From a virus (Duplodnaviria; Caudoviricetes), in the IMG/VR virus record IMGVR_UViG_3300047625_000012, positions 183 through 64,182 of that record: a DNA stretch of 64,000 bases; one strand, written 5' to 3'. Numbering within the stretch: the stretch's first letter is position 1; the number at the start of each line of letters is the position of its first letter. Positions 26,643 to 36,542 of this stretch are shown here, piece by piece. The translations under genes were made by a program, and so were the position numbers. The notes below the pieces were generated by a model that was not told the origin of the DNA, ran no database searches, and saw only the letters and a program-made list of their open reading frames with translations.

Positions 26643-29419
26643 TACGACAACCCACCACCGGTGATGTAGGCCTGAGTTCCTGACGCCCATAAAACAGTAG
26701 CCAGCCCTGCCCCGGTAAGCGTTCTGCTTCCGGTAGTAGACCCGTTTCCAACCCACTGCAGGGTTACGCCAGCTCCTTGCGCTACCGTGAGGGAGTTTCC
26801 AGGGCCTATAAGCAGTGAAATTACAGCGCCCGCGGAGAACACTCCGGTGTTGAGTGTCGCAGTAAGGCCGTTAGCGGTGAAAGCTATTGTTTTACCGCGA
26901 TCGCTCGCAACGAGAGTGTAATTACCACTCTGTATACTGAGGGGAGTATCTTTGTACCCCAACTCAAACAAACTGGTACCGTCATTCCCCTGAACAACAC
27001 CATCTCCACGTACTTGAAAATAAGTAGTTGTCGTAGCAGCGTTATTGACTCTGAAAGAGTAATCGGAGGAATTTGTACCGGCTTGAATTATCTCCCCAAA
27101 TGATTGACTGGCTGTGTTGGGTGCGTTTACTACTAAACCGTTGGCGTTAGCTACAGACGTAATTGTAAAAGCGTTACCGCTGGAGGGAGCCGCAACACTC
27201 GCTGCACCTGTGGTAGCTATCTGAAAGGCGGTGCCCGAAGCTCCCCCCGCAAAGATAGCCCCGTCTCCTCTGACTTCGAAACGCGCTACTGCTGAGGCAT
27301 TCTGAATCAGAAATGCAACATCAGATGAGTTAGTGCCGCCCGTCACAGCTAGGCCAAACGATTGACCTGCAGTGCTGGAAGCATCAATTTGAGCTACGTA
27401 AGAATTAGCAATCCCTGTAACAACCAGGGCACTCCCACTGGAAGGGGCATTTATAGTTACCCCACCGGTAGTACCGCTCACCAGCAGACTATTGTTGCCC
27501 GGCCCCATGCTGACGCCGCCAATACCGCTAACCCCGAAAAAGTTAACTGAGCCGGCTCTGTTTTGGATAAGAAAAGCCGTATCGGTTATTACCGCACCAG
27601 CATTTATGATTACTCCGTTCTCAACGCCGGATGAACCGCTGAGTACCTGCACAGCATAAGAACCGCCTACCCCAGTAACTGTTAGCCCAACACCGCTACT
27701 CGGTGCCGCGACAGAAACATTCCCCGCTGCGGTACCTGTAAGAGTCGGTCCTAAGTTGAAATGCCCATCCCCCCAAAGCTGGAACAGATTAGCGGTAACC
27801 GCTTGATTGCGGATATCTAACGCAAGGTCCCCCGAAGTCGTACCTGCAACAATCTGTATACCATTCGATTGACCCGAGGTAGATGCGCCATTGAAGCGGC
27901 CTGCATAGCTGTTAGCAACAGCCGTAGCAGTCAAAGAGTTATTTCCAGTAGTCGGGGCGTTGATTGTGACGCTGCCCGCGTTTGCTACGACGACCCGCGT
28001 TGTCGAGTTAGTTCCTAGAACCAATGCCCCCGCACGGGAAGTAACCCCAAAATCGGCTGCGTTTCCCCCTACTGCAAAGTCTCCTGACCCTACATCTCCT
28101 ACAGTAGTTCCAGTACGGCTGATGGATATGCCGGAGCTTGAACCGCTACCCGCAAAAATAGCTACGGCGGCTGCAGCCCCGTTGACTATTAAAGCGTTGC
28201 CGCTAGTCGGCGCGTTCAGGGTCCACTGTCCCACAGCGTTGATGTTGCCGCGCGCAGTACCCGCAGTAGAAAACGCAAGCGTATCAACGCCGGCCTTATA
28301 CAACCCCATCTGGGTATCAGACGCCCAGGTGAGCCCCGGCGCTGCGGCAGATCCGTCCGCAACCAGCGTAGTGCCCCCCGTACCTGCGGAGACCGCGTTG
28401 ACGATGTTGAGCCCATCGCAGTACAAAATAACCCGGTTCGCTTGGGGCACGACGAAAGTAGCCCCTGCGCCGCCGGCAGAAATCGTCAGTGTGAACGCCC
28501 CCGTCGTCTCGTTATCTACCCAATATTGTTGGATAGATGCGGGCACTATAACCGTAGTGTTTCCCGCAAGAGCCCCGGTGAACTTGTATGAGATACGGTT
28601 GAGCTGGGCGCCCGCCAGCGTTACGTTACCGGAAGCTCCCGCAAGGCTGATGGTTACAAAGTTGAATGAAGAGGCAACCGACTGACCGAAGCCGATGGAA
28701 AAGAAATTCGTGCCGTCCGTAGCAATAATGGCGGAGTCGTTCGGGTTGAACGTCATGGACGCGGAGCCGTTGATCGTCCCCGAGCCCGGAGTCAGCGTGA
28801 GGACCCCCGTACCTCCATTCTTGATGTAACAGAACCACCCGGTACCGAGCGTAGGCGCTGTCGAGGTTGTGAATGTCCCCCCCGAGCCGCCGGTCCACTC
28901 TACGCACGATGCCCGGTCCTGATTGGTGCCGCTGCCGATCGTATAGTTGACCGCCTGCGCATTGATCAGGATCTGTTCATTGAGCGTCGCACTGATGGCC
29001 TTCAGCCCCGCACCGGCCAATGCCGCAGCGTTGGCGACTGAAACGGACGCCCCGTACTGGAACACGCGCCACGTGCCTTGCAGGGTCGAGTTATCCGCAA
29101 GGTAGATCTGCCACGCCGCACCTGGAGCCGGGGCCATCAGGGTATTGCCCTGGGCATCCAGAAGCGTAAAGGTGTTTCCCCCCACGTTGTTGAACAGCGC
29201 ACAGTAGCCCGTACCGACCTGACGCGCATCCGAGAGCTGTATCGTCAACCCCGGAGCCGTCGCGGTTACATCGATAATCTCCGCAGCCGCAGGGGACGTG
29301 ATGTTGGACTCCAGCGGCCAGCCCAGAACAGTATTCGCAGAGATGTTGAGCGCAAGGTAGGTAGGTAGCGCTGGGGCTACGAGATGGCCACCGAACACTG
29401 TCTGATAAATACTGCCCAT
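26642..29419 (-). CDS. Tail fibre / receptor-binding protein with ~80-aa repeats
   Basis: 925 aa, G/S/T/A-rich; five APxSG-initiated repeats; APGLTW..D..GLY..G.D motif. Confidence 0.85.
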   Translation of the reverse strand: MGSIYQTVFGGHLVAPALPTYLALNISANTVLGWPLESNITSPAAAEIIDVTATAPGLTIQLSDARQVGTGYCALFNNVGGNTFTLLDAQGNTLMAPAPGAAWQIYLADNSTLQGTWRVFQYGASVSVANAAALAGAGLKAISATLNEQILINAQAVNYTIGSGTNQDRASCVEWTGGSGGTFTTSTAPTLGTGWFCYIKNGGTGVLTLTPGSGTINGSASMTFNPNDSAIIATDGTNFFSIGFGQSVASSFNFVTISLAGASGNVTLAGAQLNRISYKFTGALAGNTTVIVPASIQQYWVDNETTGAFTLTISAGGAGATFVVPQANRVILYCDGLNIVNAVSAGTGGTTLVADGSAAAPGLTWASDTQMGLYKAGVDTLAFSTAGTARGNINAVGQWTLNAPTSGNALIVNGAAAAVAIFAGSGSSSGISISRTGTTVGDVGSGDFAVGGNAADFGVTSRAGALVLGTNSTTRVVVANAGSVTINAPTTGNNSLTATAVANSYAGRFNGASTSGQSNGIQIVAGTTSGDLALDIRNQAVTANLFQLWGDGHFNLGPTLTGTAAGNVSVAAPSSGVGLTVTGVGGSYAVQVLSGSSGVENGVIINAGAVITDTAFLIQNRAGSVNFFGVSGIGGVSMGPGNNSLLVSGTTGGVTINAPSSGSALVVTGIANSYVAQIDASSTAGQSFGLAVTGGTNSSDVAFLIQNASAVARFEVRGDGAIFAGGASGTAFQIATTGAASVAAPSSGNAFTITSVANANGLVVNAPNTASQSFGEIIQAGTNSSDYSFRVNNAATTTTYFQVRGDGVVQGNDGTSLFELGYKDTPLSIQSGNYTLVASDRGKTIAFTANGLTATLNTGVFSAGAVISLLIGPGNSLTVAQGAGVTLQWVGNGSTTGSRTLTGAGLATVLWASGTQAYITGGGLS

Positions 29420-29420
29420 C

Positions 29421-30083
29421 TCAATCCTCGTTACGCACGGCCGCGCGGTCTACAGAACGCATCAGGTCTTCTTTTTCAAGCAGCGTCACCCCTTCCTCGT
29501 AAAACTTCTCCCATACCGGGATACGCTCATCGTTCTTCAGAAAAGGCGTGCACTCCAGCAACGCGCGGTACAGGAGTGTTTCGGGAGCGTAATTCGTCCA
29601 GAAGTTGGTCTGGTTGGAGTTGTCCAGAAGCTGAGGCAACCCGTAATAGAGAATCTGCCACGGATAGCTGATGACCGGCGTCGGCACGATGAGCCAGTGC
29701 TCGTAGTCGTAATCCGCGTAGTACTGCGGCTGTGCAGTCAACGTCAGATCCGGCCAGTAACTCAGACAGTATTCATACTGACGCGGGAATAAAGGCGTTG
29801 CGCTGTTCTGTGCCGGATCAGCCGCGGTTGCAACCCCGAAGTTCATGGAGATGGTCCGGCGCCAGCCGTTGGGTTTCGGATAGACCGCATTGTTGGCACT
29901 CAGAGAGCCTACAAGGGGAATATTCATCCCGAGGATCTTCAACCGCCGGGCCAGCGCGCGTTCCGCATTGTTGATCAGTAACGGAAACTGACTGAACACC
30001 GAAGGATCGGTTGAGGCACCACCACGTTCCAGATACACCTGGAGTGTAGCCTGCAGAGCCGTGAACGTGGTGGCGACCGGCAT
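29421..30083 (-). CDS. Head-tail adaptor-like protein
   Basis: YLER...FP.LI.NAE...R.LK; P.YYA; APETLLY.ALLE..PFLKNDER. Confidence 0.7.
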   Translation of the reverse strand: MPVATTFTALQATLQVYLERGGASTDPSVFSQFPLLINNAERALARRLKILGMNIPLVGSLSANNAVYPKPNGWRRTISMNFGVATAADPAQNSATPLFPRQYEYCLSYWPDLTLTAQPQYYADYDYEHWLIVPTPVISYPWQILYYGLPQLLDNSNQTNFWTNYAPETLLYRALLECTPFLKNDERIPVWEKFYEEGVTLLEKEDLMRSVDRAAVRNED

Positions 30084-30086
30084 CAG

Positions 30087-30365
30087 TTACTCCACATCCC
30101 CGATTCCAGGCGTCTTGTTGACTACTTCATTTAGCCCGGGAGGCACTGTCGCTGCAGTTACTCCGCCTGTCTGGCCGACCGTAGTTACGTTGACCGAAGA
30201 TGCCGGTGGCTCCTGAGCGGGGCGCGCGCGGCCCTGCATCAATGCAGCCTTCGCTGCCTGTACCTCCCCGATCGTCTGCGCCAGTGGCATGAACTCGCCC
30301 CACATCGGATGACTGCGGGACATCAGGAGCGCTTCTATGTTGTTCAGAGTCTGCAATGAAAGCAT
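30087..30365 (-). CDS. Hypothetical protein
   Basis: GAGGA RBS; in operon. Confidence 0.6.
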   Translation of the reverse strand: MLSLQTLNNIEALLMSRSHPMWGEFMPLAQTIGEVQAAKAALMQGRARPAQEPPASSVNVTTVGQTGGVTAATVPPGLNEVVNKTPGIGDVE

Positions 30366-30377
30366 TTTTCGTCCTCT

Positions 30378-30731
30378 TTACTGGTTTACTTTCTGATACA
30401 CGTGCATACCGCCCAACCCCAGCATCCCCAGGGTGAGCGCGGAAAGTGGTTCGATGTCGATCGTAGGGATATGCAGGCCTAACGCGTTCCCCCACGGCAT
30501 CAGCACGAAGTTGTTGAAGTACGCGAGCGCACAGACCCAGCCCATCGCACCGCGCCAGTGCTCAAGGGGGTCACTGGATTGCGCCTCCGCCTTGTTGATG
30601 TCCGTCTGTGCCTGGACAAGTGCCAGAGCCGCCGCGAGCTGCGACTTCTCCTGCTCGGTCTTGTCCGGAAAGATCATGGCCAGAATTTTCTGAGCCGCGG
30701 TCGCCGCTTCTCCGATACCTGTGATATCCAT
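30378..30731 (-). CDS. Holin (3TM, GTA-holin-like)
   Basis: Q.DINK.EA....WRGAMGWVC...L.GMLGLGGM; adjacent to endolysin. Confidence 0.85.
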   Translation of the reverse strand: MDITGIGEAATAAQKILAMIFPDKTEQEKSQLAAALALVQAQTDINKAEAQSSDPLEHWRGAMGWVCALAYFNNFVLMPWGNALGLHIPTIDIEPLSALTLGMLGLGGMHVYQKVNQ

Positions 30732-31192
30732 CAGCCTGCCCCATCCAGAAATAACGCTTTTTCGAGCTGTCTACGCTTCAGGAGCCCTTTATTAGGCGCG
30801 CCGTTGATGTGATCCCACTGCAGGAACTCGTCCGCAGCCTGCGCGGTCCGCCCCGTATTCAACAGCCGTAGCAGTGTTGAATCGGTCCAGGTTTCTCCCG
30901 TTTTGTGTTCCAAAGCGGCGGTGCCGGCGTTATAGACCAGACTTACCAGGGCATCAAACTCGTGCGGAAACAGCTGCACCGTGACATCACGGATCACCGC
31001 GTTTTCTGCGTCGGTGATGTCTTCCTTGAGCCATTGCAGTGCGGTTTCTGGCGTGCAGGTTGTATCCTCGGTCACGCCTTTCGTATGACCGTAACCGCAC
31101 GTCCACGGCTCGTGCGGGAACCGCCGGTACGCTTTGTCGGCGTAGTCCTCGAAGAACTGCAGTAAGGCGATCCCCAGGGGGCTCATGTTCAT
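30731..31192 (-). CDS. Endolysin, GH24 phage lysozyme
   Basis: FFE...AY...WTCGYGHT, FDALVSLVYNAG, STLLRLLN, GLLKRR..E..LF. Confidence 0.9.
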   Translation of the reverse strand: MNMSPLGIALLQFFEDYADKAYRRFPHEPWTCGYGHTKGVTEDTTCTPETALQWLKEDITDAENAVIRDVTVQLFPHEFDALVSLVYNAGTAALEHKTGETWTDSTLLRLLNTGRTAQAADEFLQWDHINGAPNKGLLKRRQLEKALFLDGAG

Positions 31193-31533
31193 AACTGTCT
31201 CCGATGCGCTCCGGTATCTTCAGTATCCCCATTACGGGGAGGTAAGCGCTCACGCAGGACCGCAACCTTGGTACGTATCTCCGCCAGAGAGTCGCCCACC
31301 AGCTGACGATGCAACGTAGCGGATTCATTCTGCTTCTCCAACGTCTGTTGGATACGCTCCAGTTTCCGGGTCAGCTCGTGGTTGGACTTATCGCAGATTT
31401 CCGTATGCTCCTTACGGGTCATCCGGGCATTCAAACGCCGTTCCAGTGTCATAAGCCAACCCACAACGCCTCCTAAACCTGCTACTGCACTCCAGAAAGT
31501 CTCATCGGGTATAGTCATTATTGGTTGTTTCAA
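31189..31533 (-). CDS. Lysis-region membrane protein (TM plus coiled coil)
   Basis: N-terminal TM then coiled coil; immediately upstream of endolysin. Confidence 0.55.
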   Translation of the reverse strand: MKQPIMTIPDETFWSAVAGLGGVVGWLMTLERRLNARMTRKEHTEICDKSNHELTRKLERIQQTLEKQNESATLHRQLVGDSLAEIRTKVAVLRERLPPRNGDTEDTGAHRRQL

Positions 31534-31821
31534 TCAGCCGCTGCTGTTGGCGATCAACGTACGGTCCTGTGCGGCCAGTGCTGCGGGCACGTCGATATTC
31601 GTATCCGGGCGCACGAAGGGTAGATTGATCTCTTCAGTCTCCCGTGCAGGCAGACGCCACGGGTCCAGCACGTCGAGGTCATCGACGCACACCATGAGCC
31701 CGGGAGAATTCGGATCCGAGTGCAGTTCTGCCAGCGGCAGTTTCGCACTGCACCGGCCGCACAGACCCACGCCCAGAGTGGGTTGCCCGGTTGTATCCAG
31801 ATGGTACATGGGAGAGCGCAT
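31534..31821 (-). CDS. Conserved Cys-motif virion-module protein
   Basis: CGRC...L...GLMVC..D.D..DP...RPD. Confidence 0.7.
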   Translation of the reverse strand: MRSPMYHLDTTGQPTLGVGLCGRCSAKLPLAELHSDPNSPGLMVCVDDLDVLDPWRLPARETEEINLPFVRPDTNIDVPAALAAQDRTLIANSSG

Positions 31822-31825
31822 GGTG

Positions 31826-32917
31826 TTACCTCGTGTAAGCTCTAATCATGGGCCGCATCATCACCGGTGATCCGTCCGACTCGGACGCCCAACCTTCGTT
31901 CCAGCGGTTGGTGTCCTCCGCGATCAGAATCTGCTTGTCCGTATCCCCCATACCTTTGCCCGCTTCAGGAATCATGAGCATGAGTTCCTTCGCCAGCCGG
32001 GTCATGATCGGAAGGAACCAGCGCTGCGGCACCTCAACTGTCTGAGTCAGCGTCCCGACATCCTGTAAGTATCTCTGCGTATAGAGAACTATTTGAGAAA
32101 AGGTAAACTGCAACGCTGGGGCGGGCCATAGTGTCAGCGTCGGCTGGGGTTGGGTCTTGTTGTACCAGAACTGCAGCGGACGCCCCGTGAACCACTTGTT
32201 AGGCAGATTCGAGTAGTCGTCCCGGTTGATTTTGGCGATAGGGATTTCCTGTGGAGCAGCCCCGGTCACAAATTCGGTCACGTTCAGAGTCGTGCCGCCG
32301 GAAGCCTGCAGACGCACGTAAAGAACGCCTGCCTCCGGGATGCCTTCAACATCCTGCCAGAACCACGCGCCGGCTACTGCAGATAGAGCCGTGTTGGAGT
32401 AGACCGTCGTCCAGGTAACTCCGTCATTGGAGGTCTGGATAGTAATGTTCCAGGAAGCAGTAGCGTTGGGGAGGATGCCGAACACCACCGGCTGGCCCAC
32501 AGCAGGGTATTGAACCTGGAGGAAACCGTTGGGGGCTGTCTGTGTACAGGCTGTCGACAGGTTGTTGTCGAACGCATTCGCCGCGATGCCCCCCGCTGAG
32601 GAGGTATACACAATACCGGGTGCGGGAAGCTGTATTTGTGTGATGCTGCGCAGGTTGGCATTGAGCACATCTACGGTGCCCAGGGGGGCCAGTACGTCCT
32701 GCGTAGCATCGTAGAGGGGTAGGATGACTTTCTGCTGCGCCCACAGTGCGATCCCTTTGCTGGCGATCGTAGACAGTGACAGGTAGAGCAGATCCTGCGC
32801 AATCGCGATGTACTCAGGCGTGATCTTCTGAGGCGCGAGTTGACACCGGCCGAAAGCCCGGTCGATCAATTTCCCGGTGTTGAAGACTGTTGTAGAAACG
32901 GTACCGCTGGTCGTCAC
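31826..32917 (-). CDS. Head-completion / adaptor protein with inserted carbohydrate-binding-like domain
   Basis: TTSGT...F....LI..AF.RC; NAFDNN..T and TSNDG.TW (discoidin-like insert); RDDY.NLPNK..GRP.QFW. Confidence 0.7.
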   Translation of the reverse strand: MTTSGTVSTTVFNTGKLIDRAFGRCQLAPQKITPEYIAIAQDLLYLSLSTIASKGIALWAQQKVILPLYDATQDVLAPLGTVDVLNANLRSITQIQLPAPGIVYTSSAGGIAANAFDNNLSTACTQTAPNGFLQVQYPAVGQPVVFGILPNATASWNITIQTSNDGVTWTTVYSNTALSAVAGAWFWQDVEGIPEAGVLYVRLQASGGTTLNVTEFVTGAAPQEIPIAKINRDDYSNLPNKWFTGRPLQFWYNKTQPQPTLTLWPAPALQFTFSQIVLYTQRYLQDVGTLTQTVEVPQRWFLPIMTRLAKELMLMIPEAGKGMGDTDKQILIAEDTNRWNEGWASESDGSPVMMRPMIRAYTR

Positions 32918-33068
32918 TTCGCGCTCTCCTGAAGGAAAGCGCGCCTGCACATCAGTCGCGGCACACTAGCGGAGCAGAATACCCCGCCGCGGGTCAGCCT
33001 AGCGGCTTGAACTGCGCGTTACAAGGGGTAAGACATCCTTGTCTATCCGCGGAGTCCTTACCCGAAGT

Positions 33069-33839
33069 CTACCGGACTCCGTGACCCCGCGGGGGCGGCC
33101 TGCGGACGTGCTTGGCCACTTCCTGCCTAGCGACCTTGCGCATGGGGACGGTACCCCCTTCAGCCCGCATGAGCGGCTGCGGGCCGGGCATGACCATGGG
33201 CCGACGCATGGGCGGACCCGCACGGACAGGAAGCCCTGTAGGACGCCGCTGTAGCGGCCCCGACGCCCCGCCAGCGCCCGGAGGAAGTGCCGGCCGCGCC
33301 ATGGCTCCCATCTGAGGCGCCATGCCCACTACCGGGCCGCCCGGGGCGTACATCGCGCCGCCTGCGTTCTTATGGACAGGCTTGGTCTTACCCCCCTTGG
33401 CATAGTCAGGGCCGCCGGCCGGGACCTCGGTGCAGTCGTGCACGTGGCCCCCGTCCGCAAACTTCTCCGCGTGTTTCTCCATGACGCCATAAGAATGGCT
33501 CACCGAGTGCGTGCGGCCGCCCTTCGCGTGGAAATGCTTGTGCACATGGAAGTGCTTGGCCGGACCGCCTTTCTTGAACTTGGAGATGAGCGGCGACTTG
33601 CCGCCGTGCTCCTCCAGCTCCTGGGTCGGCGACTCCTTGCGCAGCGTGAGCGCGTTGCCGTCCATCCGGTTACCTTCTTTCGGGAAGACTTCCGCATGTC
33701 CGGGGCTGGAGTCGATCTTGTCGACCGCACCGCCGCGGGACAGCCGGTTGATCGTCCCGCCGGTACCGCCTCCGATCGAGCCCCCACCCCAGTGGTGGTG
33801 CCCCGAGACAGTCTTCGTCGTGTTTTTGAAGCCCGACAT
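33069..33839 (-). CDS. Low-complexity virion-module protein with eight GG motifs
   Basis: LSRGG, FKKGG, HAKGG, FADGG, YAKGG, NAGG, YAPGG, RAEGG; His- and Pro-rich. Confidence 0.75.
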   Translation of the reverse strand: MSGFKNTTKTVSGHHHWGGGSIGGGTGGTINRLSRGGAVDKIDSSPGHAEVFPKEGNRMDGNALTLRKESPTQELEEHGGKSPLISKFKKGGPAKHFHVHKHFHAKGGRTHSVSHSYGVMEKHAEKFADGGHVHDCTEVPAGGPDYAKGGKTKPVHKNAGGAMYAPGGPVVGMAPQMGAMARPALPPGAGGASGPLQRRPTGLPVRAGPPMRRPMVMPGPQPLMRAEGGTVPMRKVARQEVAKHVRRPPPRGHGVR

Positions 33840-33848
33840 AGAAATACC

Positions 33849-35096
33849 TCAGTTGATGACGGTACAGCCCACCGTAGCCGTGATCGGTCCTGTGGTGACC
33901 ACAGCCTGCAGGCGCCACGTACGGGGTAAGGGCATATCCACTGCGCCTCCAAGCGTTGGGGTACTTGCAAAACTCACCGTGCCTGGATAAATAGTGAGCT
34001 GTTGAAACCCGGTCGCCGCAATTGCTCCAGAGATAGCCGCTACCGGAGTACTCGCAGGGGCAGTTATAGTGTAATACGTACCCGAGACGATATCCTTACC
34101 CTGAACCGCGACTGTGTAAGCCCCTGCCGCATCCACCGTTGTATTGATGGGGATGATCAGGCCGCGTCCGTTGGTGTTGATCTGATCGATGCTGTTGACC
34201 GTACCCGCACCCTGGGCGGTCAGGGTAAGCGCCGCCGAATTGCAGTCACTGTTAGACCGCTGGTTCTCATACGTGAATCCGTTGTACAGATTCTGCGTCG
34301 TCGCAGTATGCGACGTATCCCCCAGGCTGACACCGTTGACCTGCAGCGTAGGTGCAGTGACTGCGCTGTTGGAGACGACCTGGAACAAGACGGGCAGAAG
34401 ATTGTTATCCGGCCCCGACGCTCCGGTCTGGAAGTTCGCAACGACGTTGTCTTTGTCGTCGATTGCCCAGTACGTGATGTCCCCGCGGAAGTAGATGAAG
34501 TACTTGTGGGCCGCTGTATCCGTAGGGGCGTAGCCTGCGTTCGTCAGGTCTGCAATGAGGACCCGGGTACCCGTCTGGTACACCACCGCTGCAAGGTGCC
34601 CTGTAGTCGTCTCTTCGAAACAGACGCACTGGGTGACCGGTGAGGCGATGGTGGGCGTAGCCGGAGTGGTGCCCAGGCCCCAGTCCGCCAGCCCCGAGGT
34701 CACCCCCAGTGCCGGAATGACATTCATCTGCGTTTTGAACAGCAGGTACCCCGGGTCGCTGGGTACGAACAGGCCTACGCCGGTAGGCAACAAAGAGGTC
34801 AGCTTGGAGAACCCGTTGACCGTCGTACCACCGCTCAGGACCGTAGCGCCTACTGCGTTGGTCGGAGAAACTCCGCCGCCCCCGTTTGATACCGACCACC
34901 GGTTGACCGTATCGAGGGTCGCAAGACTGAAGGTATCCAGAAACAGCTGGGACGCCGGGTTCTCGACCCGCAGCTCCCCCAGCGGACTGACAGTCGCCCC
35001 GTTGCCGTACACCGGGCCTTGAATCGTAACCGGTGAGCCCGCACTGGCAGGTAATGTGCACAGTGCCGCCAGCAGGAATAAGAGCAGCTTCTTCAT
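33849..35096 (-). CDS. Beta-rich protein with Sec-type signal peptide, in virion operon
   Basis: MKKLLLFLLAALCTLPASA leader; F.DTF...LDT.NRW lectin-like core. Confidence 0.7.
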   Translation of the reverse strand: MKKLLLFLLAALCTLPASAGSPVTIQGPVYGNGATVSPLGELRVENPASQLFLDTFSLATLDTVNRWSVSNGGGGVSPTNAVGATVLSGGTTVNGFSKLTSLLPTGVGLFVPSDPGYLLFKTQMNVIPALGVTSGLADWGLGTTPATPTIASPVTQCVCFEETTTGHLAAVVYQTGTRVLIADLTNAGYAPTDTAAHKYFIYFRGDITYWAIDDKDNVVANFQTGASGPDNNLLPVLFQVVSNSAVTAPTLQVNGVSLGDTSHTATTQNLYNGFTYENQRSNSDCNSAALTLTAQGAGTVNSIDQINTNGRGLIIPINTTVDAAGAYTVAVQGKDIVSGTYYTITAPASTPVAAISGAIAATGFQQLTIYPGTVSFASTPTLGGAVDMPLPRTWRLQAVVTTGPITATVGCTVIN

Positions 35097-35098
35097 GA

Positions 35099-35731
35099 TC
35101 AGATCCCCGCAAGTCCTGCCTGCGCCACGATCAACGCGACAGTACCTGTACCTGAATTGGTCAACGTACGGTAAGCCCGCACTGCCTGCGTTGTCGGAAC
35201 GACCTGGTTGGTAGTCTGTGCCAGCAGCCCCGTGACGGAATTCCAGACGAACGGTCCCGGTCCCCCGAAGACGTTATCCATGGTGTACTGGATCGTGTAG
35301 TTGACATTCCCGGTGACTTCCGTCGCCAGCGTCACGTTGAACTGATTGATGTACAGATCAACCGGAATCTCTTGGGATGCCCCGGTAACCACCGTGTCCG
35401 CCGTGACGGCGCTACCCACCGCAGCACTGACGGCGATGCCGGTGATGGTCTTGTAGTTGAGTACCGAGGAAACGGTGTTGGCGTTCGGCCCTGCCAGTAC
35501 CTCGGAAATAACGCGCCCCTGCTGATCCGTCCCGGTGAGCGTGAAATTGACGGCCGACAGGTTGCCTGCGGAAGTCAACCCTACAGTACGCTGGGTATCC
35601 AGGGTCGCGACACCCGCCGTAGCCAGGGTACCGTTGATGAGCAAGTTGCCCGCACCCGCCGTCGTCTGGGATGCCGCGATGGCGCCGACGACGGCTGCGA
35701 CGAGGGTACGGGTTACTGTAACAGGACGCAT
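35099..35731 (-). CDS. Virion structural protein
   Basis: L.INGTLA...VNFTLTGTD..G..ISEV.AGPNA.TV conserved pattern. Confidence 0.75.
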   Translation of the reverse strand: MRPVTVTRTLVAAVVGAIAASQTTAGAGNLLINGTLATAGVATLDTQRTVGLTSAGNLSAVNFTLTGTDQQGRVISEVLAGPNANTVSSVLNYKTITGIAVSAAVGSAVTADTVVTGASQEIPVDLYINQFNVTLATEVTGNVNYTIQYTMDNVFGGPGPFVWNSVTGLLAQTTNQVVPTTQAVRAYRTLTNSGTGTVALIVAQAGLAGI

Positions 35732-35741
35732 GTCGGTTCCT

Positions 35742-36530
35742 TCAGAACGGCGGGGTTTGAGTGAAGTTGGTGCGATCCTTCAACCCGTACCAGTAATCAA
35801 CCTGCAACGCGCGGGCCGCGGCCGTTGAGGGATTCACGCCTGACAGGAACGCAAGCAGCGTAGCCCCCGGGAAGTTCACAGGCGCCGGTACAGAGCCCCG
35901 GGCGTTGGCGGTGATCCCCGAAGTCACGCCGAACGGCGGAGGCCCGCACTCCCATACGATTGCCCCGTTTGGCTGGTGCGCCGCGTACAAAGCCCCGTCC
36001 CAATACGCCCCGAGGGTTGCGAAGCCGCCTCCGATCAAACTCACCCCGCAGGAGTTTGTCGTGACCACTCCGCCGACTGCGACATTGAAACTCAACGCTC
36101 CCGTATTCGTCGAAGAGAACCAGACTCCGTCCGTGAGCTGACCCCCGGTGAATGGAGTCGCGGTGACGTTGGTAGTACCCGCCAGCACCAGCCCGAGTAC
36201 GTTGTCGACAGAGATTAGCTGCCGGATGAAGGTACGCAAGCCGGCCTTGATCGAGAAGTGCCCCTGTTTCTGCAGCGAGGTCGCCGTTGATGCCGCCGCG
36301 TTGATGCTGATGACGCCGCCGTCCACGTTGGGCTGCGTGACGGTCGACCCCGCACCTGAGAGCGTAAAGCCGCCAGCGGTTCCCGGAGCAACCGGTCCGA
36401 AATAATCGTCGAAGTCCTGAAAATAGTTGTGGTTTTTGGTCCAGTCGTCCACCGGCTGATCCGAGAACAGCTCGGTGTCGCGGGTGTTGTTGAACCCGAA
36501 CTGCGAGCGGGTTATCTGTAAATCAAGCAT
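35742..36530 (-). CDS. Virion structural protein (possible decoration protein)
   Basis: YFQDFDDY...DYW...R; downstream of capsid gene. Confidence 0.7.
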   Translation of the reverse strand: MLDLQITRSQFGFNNTRDTELFSDQPVDDWTKNHNYFQDFDDYFGPVAPGTAGGFTLSGAGSTVTQPNVDGGVISINAAASTATSLQKQGHFSIKAGLRTFIRQLISVDNVLGLVLAGTTNVTATPFTGGQLTDGVWFSSTNTGALSFNVAVGGVVTTNSCGVSLIGGGFATLGAYWDGALYAAHQPNGAIVWECGPPPFGVTSGITANARGSVPAPVNFPGATLLAFLSGVNPSTAAARALQVDYWYGLKDRTNFTQTPPF

Positions 36531-36542
36531 GGTCGATCACCT

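Noticed and set aside
26642-29419. Diversity-generating retroelement acting on the tail fibre
   Set aside because: No reverse transcriptase and no near-identical template/variable repeat pair seen; the repeats are old and diverged
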